64,000 nucleotides of DNA from contig NC_043000.1 of the NCBI RefSeq assembly GCF_006345805.1, forward strand, positions 36,766,001-36,830,000, written 5' to 3'. Below, in pieces: positions 1 to 11,733 of this stretch. The number at the start of each line of letters is the position of its first letter. Position 1 is the first letter of the stretch. The stretch comes from Octopus sinensis. Taxonomy: Eukaryota. A program made the position numbers and the translations under genes. The notes beneath the pieces were generated by a model. It searched no databases. It was not told the origin of the DNA and worked only from the letters and a program-made list of their open reading frames with translations.

Positions 1-17
1 TAGTAGTAGTAGTAGTA

Positions 18-460
18 AGGCGGCGAGCTGGCAGAATCGTTTGCACGTCGGGCGAAATGCTTAGCGGTATTTCGGCTGCCGTTACGTTGTGAGTTCAAAT
101 TCCGCCGAGGTCGTCTTTGCCTTTCATCCTTTCGGGGTCAATAAATTAAGTACCAGTTAAGCACTGGGGTCGATATAATCGACTTAATACCTATGTCTGT
201 CCATGTTTGTCCTCTCTATGTTTAGCCCCTTGTGGGTAATAAAGAAATAGGTATTTCGCCTGTCGCTACGTTCTGAGTTCAAATTCCGCCGAGGTCAACT
301 TTCCCTTTCATCCTTTCAGGGTTGATAGATTAAGTACCAGTGAAACACTGGGGCCGATGTAATCGACTAGGCACCCCCTCTCCCCAAATTTCAAGTTTCG
401 TGCCTTTTGTAGAAAAGATTATTATTATTATTATTATTATATTATTATTATTATTATTAA
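18..460 (+). mobile_element. tRNA-derived SINE family A, dimeric form with (ATT)n tail
   Basis: A-box-like TGGCAGAATCG and B-box-like GAGTTCAAATTCC. Body CTTTGCCTTTCATCCTTTCGGGGTC...AAGTACCAG occurs twice (about 18-185 and 251-418) with a linker, then (ATT)n at 418-459. Confidence 0.85.
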
Positions 461-1494
461 TATAGACGTCGCACAGTATAAAATATCGTGAGGTTGTTGA
501 TTGAAGATATCGTATCTACTGGGGGTTTGCCAATCCACAAGGACTTCAGACAGACAGTACTTTACGCAATATACGTGCAGTTCCAAGTAATGCCGATTTT
601 TGTAATACACCTAGATTGTAGGGTATTTCTAAGGTTTTCAGAAGTTTCTTTCTTTTTTTCAGATTGGGTCATATTGAACTCAATGCTCCGATGACAATAG
701 GGATAACCTTTATGTTTGACTCTCGTAGCTGGCACATCTTAGCAATCTCAATTCTCAGGTCTCCATATTTATCAACCATTTCTCTTTCTTTCATGATGAT
801 ATGTTGATCTGGCACTGCCACGACTATTATTAAGCACTCTTGTTTGTCCCTCCTAAAGGTTGCTATATCCGGCCTTCAGTGCTCTAACACTTTGTCTGTC
901 TGGAAATCAAAGTCCCAGACGATTTTTGCCTTCTCCTTTTCGTCCATTACATTTTCTGGGGTATGTTGGTACCAAGCACCCGTAACCACATAAGCATACT
1001 TACGGTATGTATACTTAAGCTAGTAGAGGTTTTTGGGCTACGGTGTCGTGTCTACGCTTATACTCTTTCTGCGCAAGCACTAACAATGTGAGTCACACTT
1101 TTGACTCTCTTCCCACATATTCTGCAGAGGTCCGATGCACTCGTGTGGAATATATTCTTCTTCACCGAATTAGTATTCAATGCCTGGTTCTGAGCAGCGA
1201 CGGTTAGGCTTTCAATATTCCTTTTTAGGCCACCCTTGTTGAACCACCGCCATGATGCTTCCTGGTCTTTTAATTTGTTGGTTTCACAGTTGAACTGACC
1301 ATGTAATTCATACAGAGTAGGGTTTCTTCTCGCTTGTAGACTGTTCTCGATTGGAATTCATGAGAACTCTCAAGTCTATATCTGTTAACTCCTACACTAG
1401 CAGCATGCTTTTGCTAGTCTTGTTTGCTGTTTAACAAATAGTCTGCCAGGTTTCTTCTTTCACTGTTGATCCACTCTCGTATGCTAATCAGCCC
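461..1494 (-). pseudogene. 3' fragment of an R4/Dong-type non-LTR retrotransposon (zinc knuckle plus restriction-like endonuclease), decayed
   Basis: Manual minus-strand translation: GLISIRE; ELHGQF; GGLKRNIESLTVAAQNQAL; CRICGKRVKSVTHIVSAC..AQKEYKRRHD (CCHC); IVWDFDFQTD..RPDI..CLIIVVAVPD..KERE..KYGDL (PD-(D/E)xK-type); LQKSALLGTARILRKVLSV*, stop at 546-548. Contains stops and frameshifts. Confidence 0.88.
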
Positions 1495-1727
1495 AAGGCG
1501 ACGAGCTGGCAGAATCGTTAGCACGCTGAACGGAATGCTTAGCGATATTTCACCCGTCGCTCAGATCTGAGTTCAAATTCCACCGAGCGAGGTTGACTTT
1601 GTCTTTCATCCTTTGGGGATCGATAAATTAAGTACCAGTTGAGTACTGGTATCGATCTAATAGACTGGCTCCTTCCCCACAAATTTCAGGGCTTGTTTTA
1701 ATAGTAGAAAGGATTATTATTATTATT
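1495..1727 (+). mobile_element. SINE family A
   Basis: AAGGCGACGAGCTGGCAGAATCGTTAGC head, GAGTTCAAATTCC, conserved body, GATTATTATT tail. Confidence 0.85.
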
Positions 1728-1739
1728 GTTGCTGTTGTT

Positions 1740-1968
1740 AAAGCGGCGCGTTGGCAGAATCATTAGCATACTGGGCAAAATGCCAAATGAAATTTCGCCC
1801 ATCGCTGCGTTCTGAGTTCAAATTCCACCGAGGTCAACTTTGCCTTTCATCCTTTCGGGGTTCATAAATTAAGTACTAGGCGTCGATGTAATCGAGTAGC
1901 CCCTCTCCCACCAAATTCCAGGCTTTGTGCCTATAGTAGAATGGATTATTATTAATATTATTATTATT
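1740..1968 (+). mobile_element. SINE family A
   Basis: Same head, body and tail; starts directly after the previous copy's tail. Confidence 0.85.
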
Positions 1969-2185
1969 AAGATGGTGAACTGGCAGAATGCCTTTACTTA
2001 GTGGCATTTCATCTGTCTTTACGTTCCAAGTCCAAATTCCGCTGAGGGGTCACCTTTACCTTCTATCCTTTTCCGGTCGATAAGATAAGTACCAGTTGTT
2101 TACTGGGGGTCGATGGAATCGGTTTAATCTCTCTGCCAAAGTTGCTGGTCTTGTGCCAAAATTTGAAACCAGTATTATCATTGTT
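1969..2185 (+). mobile_element. SINE family A (more diverged)
   Basis: GGTGAACTGGCAGAATG head, CAAATTCCGCTGAGG, AAGTACCAG..TACTGGGGGTCGAT. Confidence 0.75.
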
Positions 2186-2265
2186 ATTTTTGTTATCATT
2201 ATTAATCCTTATCATTCACGTTATAAAGTTTTTATAGGCTATATTAGTTAGCAGGGATGTCGTGA

Positions 2266-2296
<31 letters not shown>

Positions 2297-2299
<3 letters not shown>

Positions 2300-2726
2300 T
2301 TTTAATTGTTTCAGTCATTTGACTGCGGTCATGCTGGAGCACCGCCTTCAGCAGAGCAAATCGACTCCAGGACTTATTCTTTGTTAGCCTAGTACTTATT
2401 CTATCGGTAACTTATGCCGAACCGCTAAGTTACAGGGATGTAAACACACCAACATCAGTTGTCAAGCAATGGTGGGGAGACAGACAGAAAAACATACATA
2501 TACATATACACACACATACATATATATACATACACACACACACATTATATATATATATATACACACATACACGACGGGTTTCTTCCAGTTTCCGTCTACC
2601 ATATTCACTCACAAGGCTTTGGTCGGCCCGAGGATAAAGTAGAAGACACTTGCCCAAGGTGCCACGCACTGGGACTGAACCCGGAACCATGTGGTTGGTA
2701 ATCAAGCTACTTACCACACAGCCACT
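2297..2726 (-). mobile_element. SINE family B (CORE-like, internal microsatellite), near full length
   Basis: Minus strand: AGTGGCTGTGTGGTAAG..GGTTCCGGGTTCAGTCCC tRNA-like head, CCTTGGGCAAGTG CORE-like motif, central (AT)n/(GT)n, 3' module ending GCATGACCGCAGTCAAATGACTGAAACAA. Confidence 0.9.
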
Positions 2727-2877
2727 AATATCATTTACTCCTAATACTACCGCGGAGACAATGATTTGCTGCGTATACAGATGTAGGTTATATATCTTAT
2801 ACTGAATGTAAAGAGACAGTGGACACTTCATCCAACATAGCAATAAATTGGAATTCTTGAAATGATTTACTGATATC

Positions 2878-2921
<44 letters not shown>

Positions 2922-3269
2922 GATATCGATATATTGATATTATATTATCTAGTCTCCAATCAAACTGTCAGCCATTTCTCAATCTTAAGTACGAAATATG
3001 AAAATCTAACTTTCACGACTGGCAAAATTGGTGTGCACTTTATGCTAAAGTATCAACACCCACCGAAGTGGGATCAGTTCCTGGCACCAAACCGTTTTAC
3101 ATCGCCAACTTCTTTGGATAAGGCATGAACGCTGTCACAGTTGTTGTGAAACCTCTTAAAGAGAAGTGAACAGATCACCAATAGATCGATGACTACGGTC
3201 ACGATTGATCATCTGATAACCTTCGATTGACTCAGGCGAAGTGGTATAAATAATTGTATTCTCTACTGC

Positions 3270-3450
3270 TATTTGTTTCCATCATGGAACTGCAGGCCAT
3301 GCAGGAGCACCGACTTGAAGGGGTTTTATTCGAAGAAAGCAACCCCAGTACTCATTTGAGCCTGGTACTGCCAGTCTCTTTTATCGAAACACTAGGCCAC
3401 TGGAAGTAAATAAACCAACACCAGTTGCCAAGCAGTTGGAAGACACATAT
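3270..3450 (-). mobile_element. SINE family B, 3' module, diverged
   Basis: GGCCATGCAGGAGCACCG and TAAACCAACACCAGTTGCCAAG match the family B 3' half. Confidence 0.6.
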
Positions 3451-4022
3451 AACACACAACCATGAAGTAATATTAACAGAAGCACATTTAAGGCAGATGG
3501 AGAGATTTTGGCCAAACGATTAAATACAAGTTGAACAAATATGATGCTACCAGCGTTCGAGTGTTCCATCTTGTCTCAAAACAAGAAATTTTTTCAATCA
3601 AGAAATTTAGTTGAAAACTTTATCTAAAACAAAATAGTCAAAGAAATTGCAAACAGATTACCCTCCTACGATTAAAGGGAGAAACACGTCGTTTAAACAT
3701 TAAAGGCGTCAGATGTTCTAGAAATTTCTTAAATACTGTAATTAGTGAGGCAATAAGTTGAGTGTTCAATCAATGTAAAATCACAAGTGACAAATCAATG
3801 ATTGTTTGACAACGTCAAGAATATGGCAACAGCCTCATCAGTGAACTCAAACCCAATATAAGTACGACTTCTTTTTAGATAAAGATTTATAAAGAGCAGA
3901 TATCATTTCAGATATAGAAGACGTATTACCTGTGTAGGTATACATAAATAGGTTAGTTAATAGTGGAACAAATAGCTAAAGAGGTAGAAAAGTTGATAAA
4001 AGTTGCAATGTACACGGATATA

Positions 4023-4552
4023 TTGGGTTTTATTTCTTGCCTTTCTGAGTTCTTCGAATGACTTTCTAGAAGAATCCCTTTTGTATCGCATCAGAGCTGC
4101 GCGCTTTGCTTCGATAACTGGTTCCAACTCTGAAAGCCCAGCACTTATTTACCGGGGGCTGCCCAGCTTGAGGTGGGCAGTAACTAACCAGTGGAACACG
4201 AGGGTCCCTCCCATTTCCAGAGGTAACCCGTAGCGCCTATATCCTACGCCAATAAGAATGGATTTACCACTCGTGACTGCTACCTCAATGATTTTTCTAC
4301 CACTTTTTACAGCAGCACTGAAGTGTCCTCTCCAGTTTTGTGCAGGCCTGAAATAGATGTAAGAAAATCCTGGGTAGTCCAATCGGCAGGATTCCTCTCT
4401 CGACCTTGCTGACGTCCAAAGGAGTGTAGAGCATTACGTTTGGTACCAGCTTGGTTGCAGGAGCTGCCGGAAGAGTGTCGAGTCGAACAGTAAACCGCCA
4501 ACGGGGCTCCACTCCGGATTTCTTTGAAGGTTGTCTCCTACAAAGTTACTCT
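4023..4552 (-). mobile_element. Inverted 5' segment of RTE element 1 (putative 5' UTR joined to a mid-ORF piece)
   Basis: Minus 4140-4023 encodes AGLSELEPVIEAKRAALMRYKRDSSRKSFEELRKARNKTQ, which overlaps the start of the plus-strand ORF at 4553. Segment 4552-4141 is GC-richer and non-coding; its RTE 5' UTR identity is inferred. Confidence 0.75.
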
Positions 4553-6210
4553 AAGAACTCAGAAAGGCAAGTAATAAAACCCAACTGACTGCCAGATGCT
4601 GTGCAAATATGTATTGGCAGGAAATTTGTCAGAGTATCCAGTCAGCTGCTGACAGTGGCGACAACAGGTTTGAGAATAGCCTTCGGTCCATCCGCAACCA
4701 AGTTAGCCCCTCTGAAAAAACTACTGAAGATCTCATCAAAGACCAAAGCAAGCAAATGGATAGATGGATGGAGTACTACCAGGATCTCTACTCACGGGAG
4801 ACCATGGTTGCTGAAGCTGCAATCGAAGGGTGTCGAGATCTTGTCAGCCATGTGCAAACTTGACAGTCTGTCGTCCATGCCAGATCTCACCAAGGCTATT
4901 GATTCCTTAGCAAGTAACAAGGCTCCGAGAAAAACCAGCATCCCCTCACAGATCATCAAAGCCGGCAAAAACACCGCTCTGCTTCAGCACCTTCATGAGC
5001 TTCTGTGTCAGAGCTGGGAAAAGGGTACAGTCCCTCAGGATATGCAGGATGCTAACATCATTACCCTTTACAAAAACAAAAGTGACCGTGGTGATTGTAA
5101 CAATTGCCGTGGAATATCTCTTCAATGCACCGTTGGAAAGACCTTTGCTCGCGTTATCTTGTCCAGGCTACAACTGCTTGCTTCTCGAATTTATCCAGAA
5201 TCGCAGTGTGGCTGTAGAAGAAGCAGATCAACTATTGACTTGATATTCTCTATACGTCAACTTCAGGAGAAGTCCAGGGAGCAGAAAATGCCATTATATA
5301 TGGCCTTCATTGATCTGACAAAGGCCTTTGAGTTGGTTAGTAGAAAAGGCCACTTCATCCTGCTCCAAAAAATCGGAGGTCCACCAAAGCTGCTGAGGAT
5401 CATCAAATCTTTCCATGATGATATGCAAGGCACCATACAGCACAATGGTTCAACATCAGCCGCCTTCCAAATAAAAAAATGGGGTAAAGCAAGGTTGTGT
5501 CCTTGCTCCTACATAATTTGGCATCTTCTCGCTGCTGTTGTCACATGCCTTTGAGACATCAGATGATGGAGTGTTTCTGCACAGTAGAAGTGATGGGAAA
5601 CTGTTCAATCTCTCGCGTCTGCGTGTCAGTACTAAAATCAGAAGCGTCCTGATCAAGGAGATGCTATTTGCTGCTGCTGCTGCTCTGGTATCACACACAG
5701 AAGAAACCCTGAAAAGGCTCATCAACTGTTTTGAGCAAGCATGTCGTGACTTTAACTTAGTTATCAGCCTCAAGAAGACCAACATCATGGGTCAGACTAT
5801 ATCGGACAACCCAAACATACATATTGGAGACCACAGACTACAGGAGGTGGAGAAGTTTACTTATCTTGGCTCTACCGTCACCTACAACCTATCCCTTGAT
5901 GCCGAGCTCAATATACGCATTGGCAAGTCAGGTGCTGCGATGGCCTAATTCTCCAAACGGGCATGGGACAACAATAAGCTGACCAAAACCACAAAAATGA
6001 AGATTTACCAGGCATGTGTACTTAGCACTCTACTGTATGGCAGTGAGACCTGGACACCATGCACACGCCAAGAGCGTCACCTAAATATCTTTTACCTGCG
6101 CTGTCTCCGGAAAATCCTTGGCAGCAAATGGCAGAATCGTGTCACCAACAAAGATGTCTTCAAGCAAGCAGGGATACCAAGGTGTTTGCACTCCTCATAC
6201 AAAGACGTCA
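4553..6210 (+). pseudogene. RTE-clade LINE reverse transcriptase, frameshifted, 3' end lost
   Basis: ORFs 4609-4863, 4601-5554, 5538-5948 and 5997-6251 give NKAP, RGISL, PESQCG, FIDLTKAF, MLFAAAAAL (FADD mutated), FTYLGS and LLYGSETWT. Confidence 0.93.
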
Positions 6211-6660
6211 ACAGTAGTGTGTCTGACCCCCTCCTTTCTGAATTACTTTAAAGACACGCCATTTCGTGCTTCCAGTTAACTTCTGCGGCAGATCAAGTGG
6301 AATCGCTTCCCCAGGCGTTCTTTATTGCCGTTTGATATTGTTCATCAACAGGTGAATACCGCTTGTCTTCGCTGTGCACAACATTCGGGCGATATCCTCA
6401 GGCATTCTCTAAACGATTAAGGTCGGGACTTCTTGCTGGCTATGGCATAACTTCAATCCCATTTGCATGGAGGAAATCCAAAACTGCCTTCGTTTTATGA
6501 ATGGGACATTCGATCTGTTGATATATGAAGTTCTCGCCACTGAGCCTTCTTTTTTCTTCGACAATGTGAACCCCGTCCAACATATCGATGTATCGTGCAG
6601 CATTTAAACGACCATCAGATAAACTCTTGAGTGACCGGACATTAAAGTTTGCGTTCGTTT
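6210..6660 (-). pseudogene. Tc1-family transposase C-terminal fragment
   Basis: GRLNAARYIDML..FIYQQIECPIHKTKAV..IEVMP*PARSPDLNRLENA (WPARSPDLNPIEN motif) ..RVFKVIQKGGGQTHY. Abuts the RTE directly; no TIR seen. Confidence 0.82.
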
Positions 6661-6666
6661 TGTGCA

Positions 6667-6668
<2 letters not shown>

Positions 6669-6706
<38 letters not shown>

Positions 6707-6727
6707 TGTGTGTGTTTGTGTGTATGT
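6669..6727. repeat. (GT)n microsatellite
   Basis: Direct reading. Confidence 0.95.
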
Positions 6728-7440
6728 GTGGTTAGTGACATATTTGTATCTTATTCAAATGAGGTATGAAATACATAAATTATGGTTTGCACAATATCGA
6801 CGTTGGTGCTATTAAGCCAATGCGTTTGGATTGATTGTCCTATCAAAAGTGAAGACACGCGACAGAGACGAGTTGCTTTACGTTTTGTGCCATAGACCTA
6901 GTTAGTGGTGTGATGCTTGGACAACACTTTCAACCAATTCTATTCGTACTTTATACAAGTTCTCCATCACCACTGGGTTGGGCATCGGGAGGCTGATGCA
7001 CATACGTAGGATTTTAAAATACATTTGATACTTACACATCTGAAGTATCCTACCAACACATGACCCCTTCATTGTTGTTTTATCTCATTGCGAACCCTAT
7101 TTTATCGTACCTGACCATTTCTATCCTCCTACGTGTCATGTCTATATTCTAATGAATCCTGTAGAAGGTTCCTATGACGAACTGCTGGGGTTCACCATCC
7201 AGTTGCACTACGAAGAAGCAAACGATCACAATGGCGATACCTCCGTAAGGAACATACAATATAAGCTGCAGCTTGTGTTTGTCATAATTTTTCTTACATT
7301 TACTCTGTACAACCGCTAATAATACTAAGGACAGTGGTAACGACACCGTTATACAGGAAGAAGACTAGAGGATGATACGCCAAGTGATGCTCTAAATTAA
7401 ACAGTAGCACTCGTGCATCTAACCCTACACACGATGTAGC

Positions 7441-7444
7441 TATA

Positions 7445-7501
<57 letters not shown>

Positions 7502-7708
7502 TTGTACCCCCCATCACCGCTTGACAACCTGTGTTGGAGGATTTAAGTCTACGTAACCTAGCGGTTCGGCTAAAAGGGTCCAATAGAAGTACCAGGCTTC
7601 ACCAAAAGTACTAGGCTTAAAATCAATCCTGGGGTCGATTTGTTTGACTAAAACCGTTCAAGGCGGTGCTCCAGTATGGCCGCAGTCAACTGACAGAAAC
7701 AAAAAATA
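7441..7708 (+). mobile_element. SINE family B 3' half starting at (AT)n(GT)n
   Basis: CCGCTTGACAACC..GCGGTTCGGC..CCTGGGGTCGATTTG..GGCGGTGCTCCAGTATGGCCGCAGTC. Confidence 0.8.
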
Positions 7709-7718
7709 CACACACACA

Positions 7719-7762
<44 letters not shown>

Positions 7763-9279
7763 CATATGTATGTGTGTACATGTGTATGTGTATATATATA
7801 TATATATATATATAAATGAGATAGGGAGAGGGTATGGTGCCTGCGTATGCCTGTTAGTCAGATGGATAGGCAAGCAGGCGGACAGATAGACAAGCGAATA
7901 TGTGGATATAAATTGGAAGATAATTAATGAGAGATGCTAGAAAACACAATGGCACGACAAGGAAGAATAACTAATGGGTAATTTACCGAGAAAAGCAAGA
8001 CTGTTAGCAACTGGAAGTCTCCCACAATTGATAAACTATTAATGAAATTACTGCAGAGAGGCCAGAATCAATACTTCACGTGTTACTGAAGGGAAAACGA
8101 TATTTATTCCAAGAAACAAAAATACCAGCTACCCACAAAATTATAAACACATAATTTGTTTATGACCAATAAATAGTAGCCAACATGGATAACGTGAAAG
8201 CGTTTTGTCAGTTCTGTTGTGTGTAATGCAGAGATGAGGGAGTATGATTAGTTCTACATATACAATGAGTAAAACATTTGCTCAATTATTGATATAAATT
8301 TAATGGGAGTTTGGCATGTAAGGACGACAACTCCAGAGATATTTCGGTACTGGTATATATCCTCAGATAAGCATAGCCTTCACAGTGATCGCCAAGCTTG
8401 GGATGAAAATCGTACAAAAGATGACCGTTTAGTTACTGCGATCATATTGTAATTATAAAAATTGCCGTCGTAGGAATTTACAGACTTCGACAGACGCGAA
8501 GTACTTGAACGCTGTAAATAACAGCATGTAAATAACGAGTTAAAGGAAACCCTTCGTATACAAAATGTTGACAAGGCCTCCCTACGCAAGATAGCTTGTG
8601 CAGACATGAGAATATATCATAACGGTGTAGATTATTATTTTTTAAATATGATTTCAGAAATGACAGAACACATCTCTAGATATATTTTACGAGTTTTTAA
8701 TCGCATCAGAAAAGTACAGTAACTTAATATTTAACCACAAAAATCTTCCCTAGTGTGTACGTGTTACCAGAAAAATCTTCTCTGGAGATTACATGTCCTC
8801 TTACAGTCGTCTCTCTTCATTTTTAATTCTACCAAAGCATACATTCCATCAAACTGCTAGTAGTTATAAATATGCTATGGACAAGACAATGAATCATCTC
8901 CTCTAAATAATTTATAATTCTCAGTAGAAGATAATAACCAGTTGGGCAGCTACTAAAAGCTGTTTGGTAGATTCAGTAACGATATAAAAATATGAGAGAA
9001 GAAAAATATGAAAATGTGTAACACCTATGGAAAAAGAAGTAAATGACTTAACGCGTAGAAAATGAAGATTGATTTAGGCGCTAAATTTAAGGAAAAAAAA
9101 AGTAGTATCACCCATACATGTATTTAACAGTGGACGAAGCAGGTAAGATACATGACCATACTAAGGAGATAATTATAAAAAATAGTGTATTATAGAGGCG
9201 TCCAACAAAAAGCTGAATTTAAAAAAGAACAAAATAAAGAAAAAAGTAAGATTGTAAATATTACAATTTATTTTTTATT

Positions 9280-9458
9280 GATTTCAAGTTTTTGGCACAA
9301 GGCCAGCAATTTCAGGAGAGGGACGAGTCAATCAGATTGATCCCAGGGCTCAACTGATACTTATTTTAAAGACTCCGAAAGAATGAAAGACAAATTCAAC
9401 CCCGGCAGCATTTGAACACCGAATGTAAAGTCGAAATAAATGCCGCTAAGCATGTTGT
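9280..9458 (-). mobile_element. SINE family A, diverged
   Basis: Reverse complement of the family A body and tail (GGCACAAGGCC..AATTT; GAAAGAATGAAAGAC; CCGCTAAGCAT). Confidence 0.7.
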
Positions 9459-10754
9459 ACTTAATTAGTTCCCCCATTAATGAGTTTTAGAGTTATGAAA
9501 TGGAGATTAAGTAGACTGAAGAACCTCTGTTGGAAATTATGAGGATTGAGCCGTGTCTAAATAATTCTTACTGAGCACACAGAACAGCGATGATCCAAAT
9601 CATAACAAATCTAGTCATTCTTCATCTGTTCTGGTAGGTTCAAATATGAACGTCCAATCACTTTTGTTTTTCGTCGATTCACCGGCATTGGGGAACTTAG
9701 AGACACCGTGGTGTTTCGATCTTCATGTGTGTCTCTTGAGTCAAAGCTAAACCACCAAACCGATGAATTTCTTGAGAGCACGTGCTTTGCTTGTTGGAAT
9801 CAACAAAACAAATTATTTACTGATGTTTACTGATATCTGCCGGATTGAGAAAAAGAAAAATTATGAGGTGCATGCAGAACATGAACTATCCAAACGGTAA
9901 CATGTTAACTCATTCTTAATGTCCGTGCTAATCGCTGTTGTTCTCCGTCATCGGAAAACGCCTAAATTCTCAAACTGATTCAGATATGACATCCTACAAC
10001 ACATCTAACTAAGGAGGTTAGTTACATAAAGAGATAACTTTAGTAATGGAGATAGATTAGTTTAATATGAAACGGAAAAGCAAGATGGACACGTCGTCAT
10101 GTAACAGTAGGACAATAAAAATGTCTGAAAAGAATGTTGAAACAGGAAAATTGCTAGAAAACTATATTTGCAAGAGGGCACAGATTGACAATACGTAAAG
10201 CTGCAATAACTTTAAGATATATTTAATTATACATAGATACCAGTAATTACCTGTGCGCAGGAAGATCAAATCAGTTAACTGGAGCCTAGTAGAAGGACAG
10301 CTTTTATTTTATTGACGTGAAAATGATACAAGATAACGATGAAGATAATCTCACTGGACTTCAAAATCTTTACATTCCAAATATTAAACAAAATATATTT
10401 AGCCCACGGCTGAACTGCTTTTTGTCGTCTGCCTAGTCATCAACTACCTCCCGTCTCCGATTATGGCCATTTTTAGATTTTCCTTACAATAGAAGGGGTT
10501 CAGGAGGGAGAAGGCTATCCCAAACCACACGACTCTACGGAATATTTCCTTAAAGGTATCGAGGAAATAGGTGATGGTAATGTTGTGCTAGGGAATGGAT
10601 GAAAGTACTTTTGTTTACTCCCAGATAAACGCCAGCATATTGATGCACAAAGCTTATCCGGGCATGACAATCCACTACCTTTTCTATAGCAGGGGCTATG
10701 TCCTCCAATATATTCTGCTTTATGTGAGTGAGTAGGGGAAGTCATGGCGGTCTG

Positions 10755-11100
10755 GTTAAGAAGTTCATTTGACAACCATGTGGTTTCGGGTTCAGCTCCT
10801 CTGCGTAGCATCTTGAGCAAGTGTCTCCTACAGTAGCCACGGGCCGATCAATGCTTTGTGGTAAAGAGGAAACTGCGTGAAAGCCCGGTGTGTGTGTGTG
10901 TGTGCCTTCGTTTCTGCGTTTGTCCCTCAGCTTAATATCCAAAATTTGTCTCCGTTCCTGTAACATAGTGGTTCGGCAAAAGATCAAATAGAATTATGTC
11001 CAGAGTTTAAAGATACGTAATGGAGCGTATCTGTTTGACGATATCCCTTCAATGTAGTGTTCCAGAATGGTTTCACTCCAGTGACTGAAATAAGTGAAGG
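10755..11100 (+). mobile_element. SINE family B, diverged
   Basis: AACCATGTGGTTTCGGGTTCAG..TTGAGCAAGTGTC..(GT)n..GGTTCGGCAAAAGA..GACTGAAA. Confidence 0.65.
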
Positions 11101-11646
11101 AATTTATGTAAGTCGTCAGGGTGTGAATGTCAGGAAATTTAGCTGCTGTTTCTTCCGATTTAAATCACAGTGTAAAGGTACCTTTCTGAAGGTACCTCTA
11201 CGTTAAGGTTAGCCGTGGATATTCCTACCAACGACACATTCTTTATATTCTAGTTGCTTGTGGAAACTATGATCGTATTCATCGATCTGGATTTGGTTGG
11301 TTGGTTGTTTATTTTTATTTTCAAGCATGCAATTACCAAAGCTTTGGAAGATTTCTGCTGCGTAGAGCAAATCCGTCCAGTGTGTGGGCGTTCTCAGACA
11401 GTATATTATAAAGAATTGCAGCCAAACAAGAATTACCAATCCTTCAAGCAAGTCTTCTAATATTTGTGTCATCAATCGATCAATCACCGAGTTTTTTCTT
11501 CGGAAATAAGACGGTTCTCCTGAAACATCAACTCGAAATACAAATCAATAATTGACAAAATATCGATATATTGTGGCCAGATAAACCTGTGCACACATTG
11601 ACACATCTACATAGGTGTCTCCGTTTGCTTACTCAAATGCTGAATA

Positions 11647-11650
<4 letters not shown>

Positions 11651-11723
<73 letters not shown>

Positions 11724-11733
11724 GAGAGAGAGA
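11651..11733. repeat. (AT)n followed by (AG)n microsatellite
   Basis: Direct reading. Confidence 0.95.

Noticed and set aside
2430-2843. Recurrent ORFs with MWLVSKLLT / TNHMVPGSVP peptides (also 40832-41172, 44782-45227)
   Set aside because: Read-through of SINE B on either strand; not a gene family.
7152-7319. 55-codon acidic ORF MNPVEGSYDELLGFTIQLHYEEAND..
   Set aside because: Protein-like and faintly reminiscent of a piggyBac N-terminus, but no motif, TIR or splice support.
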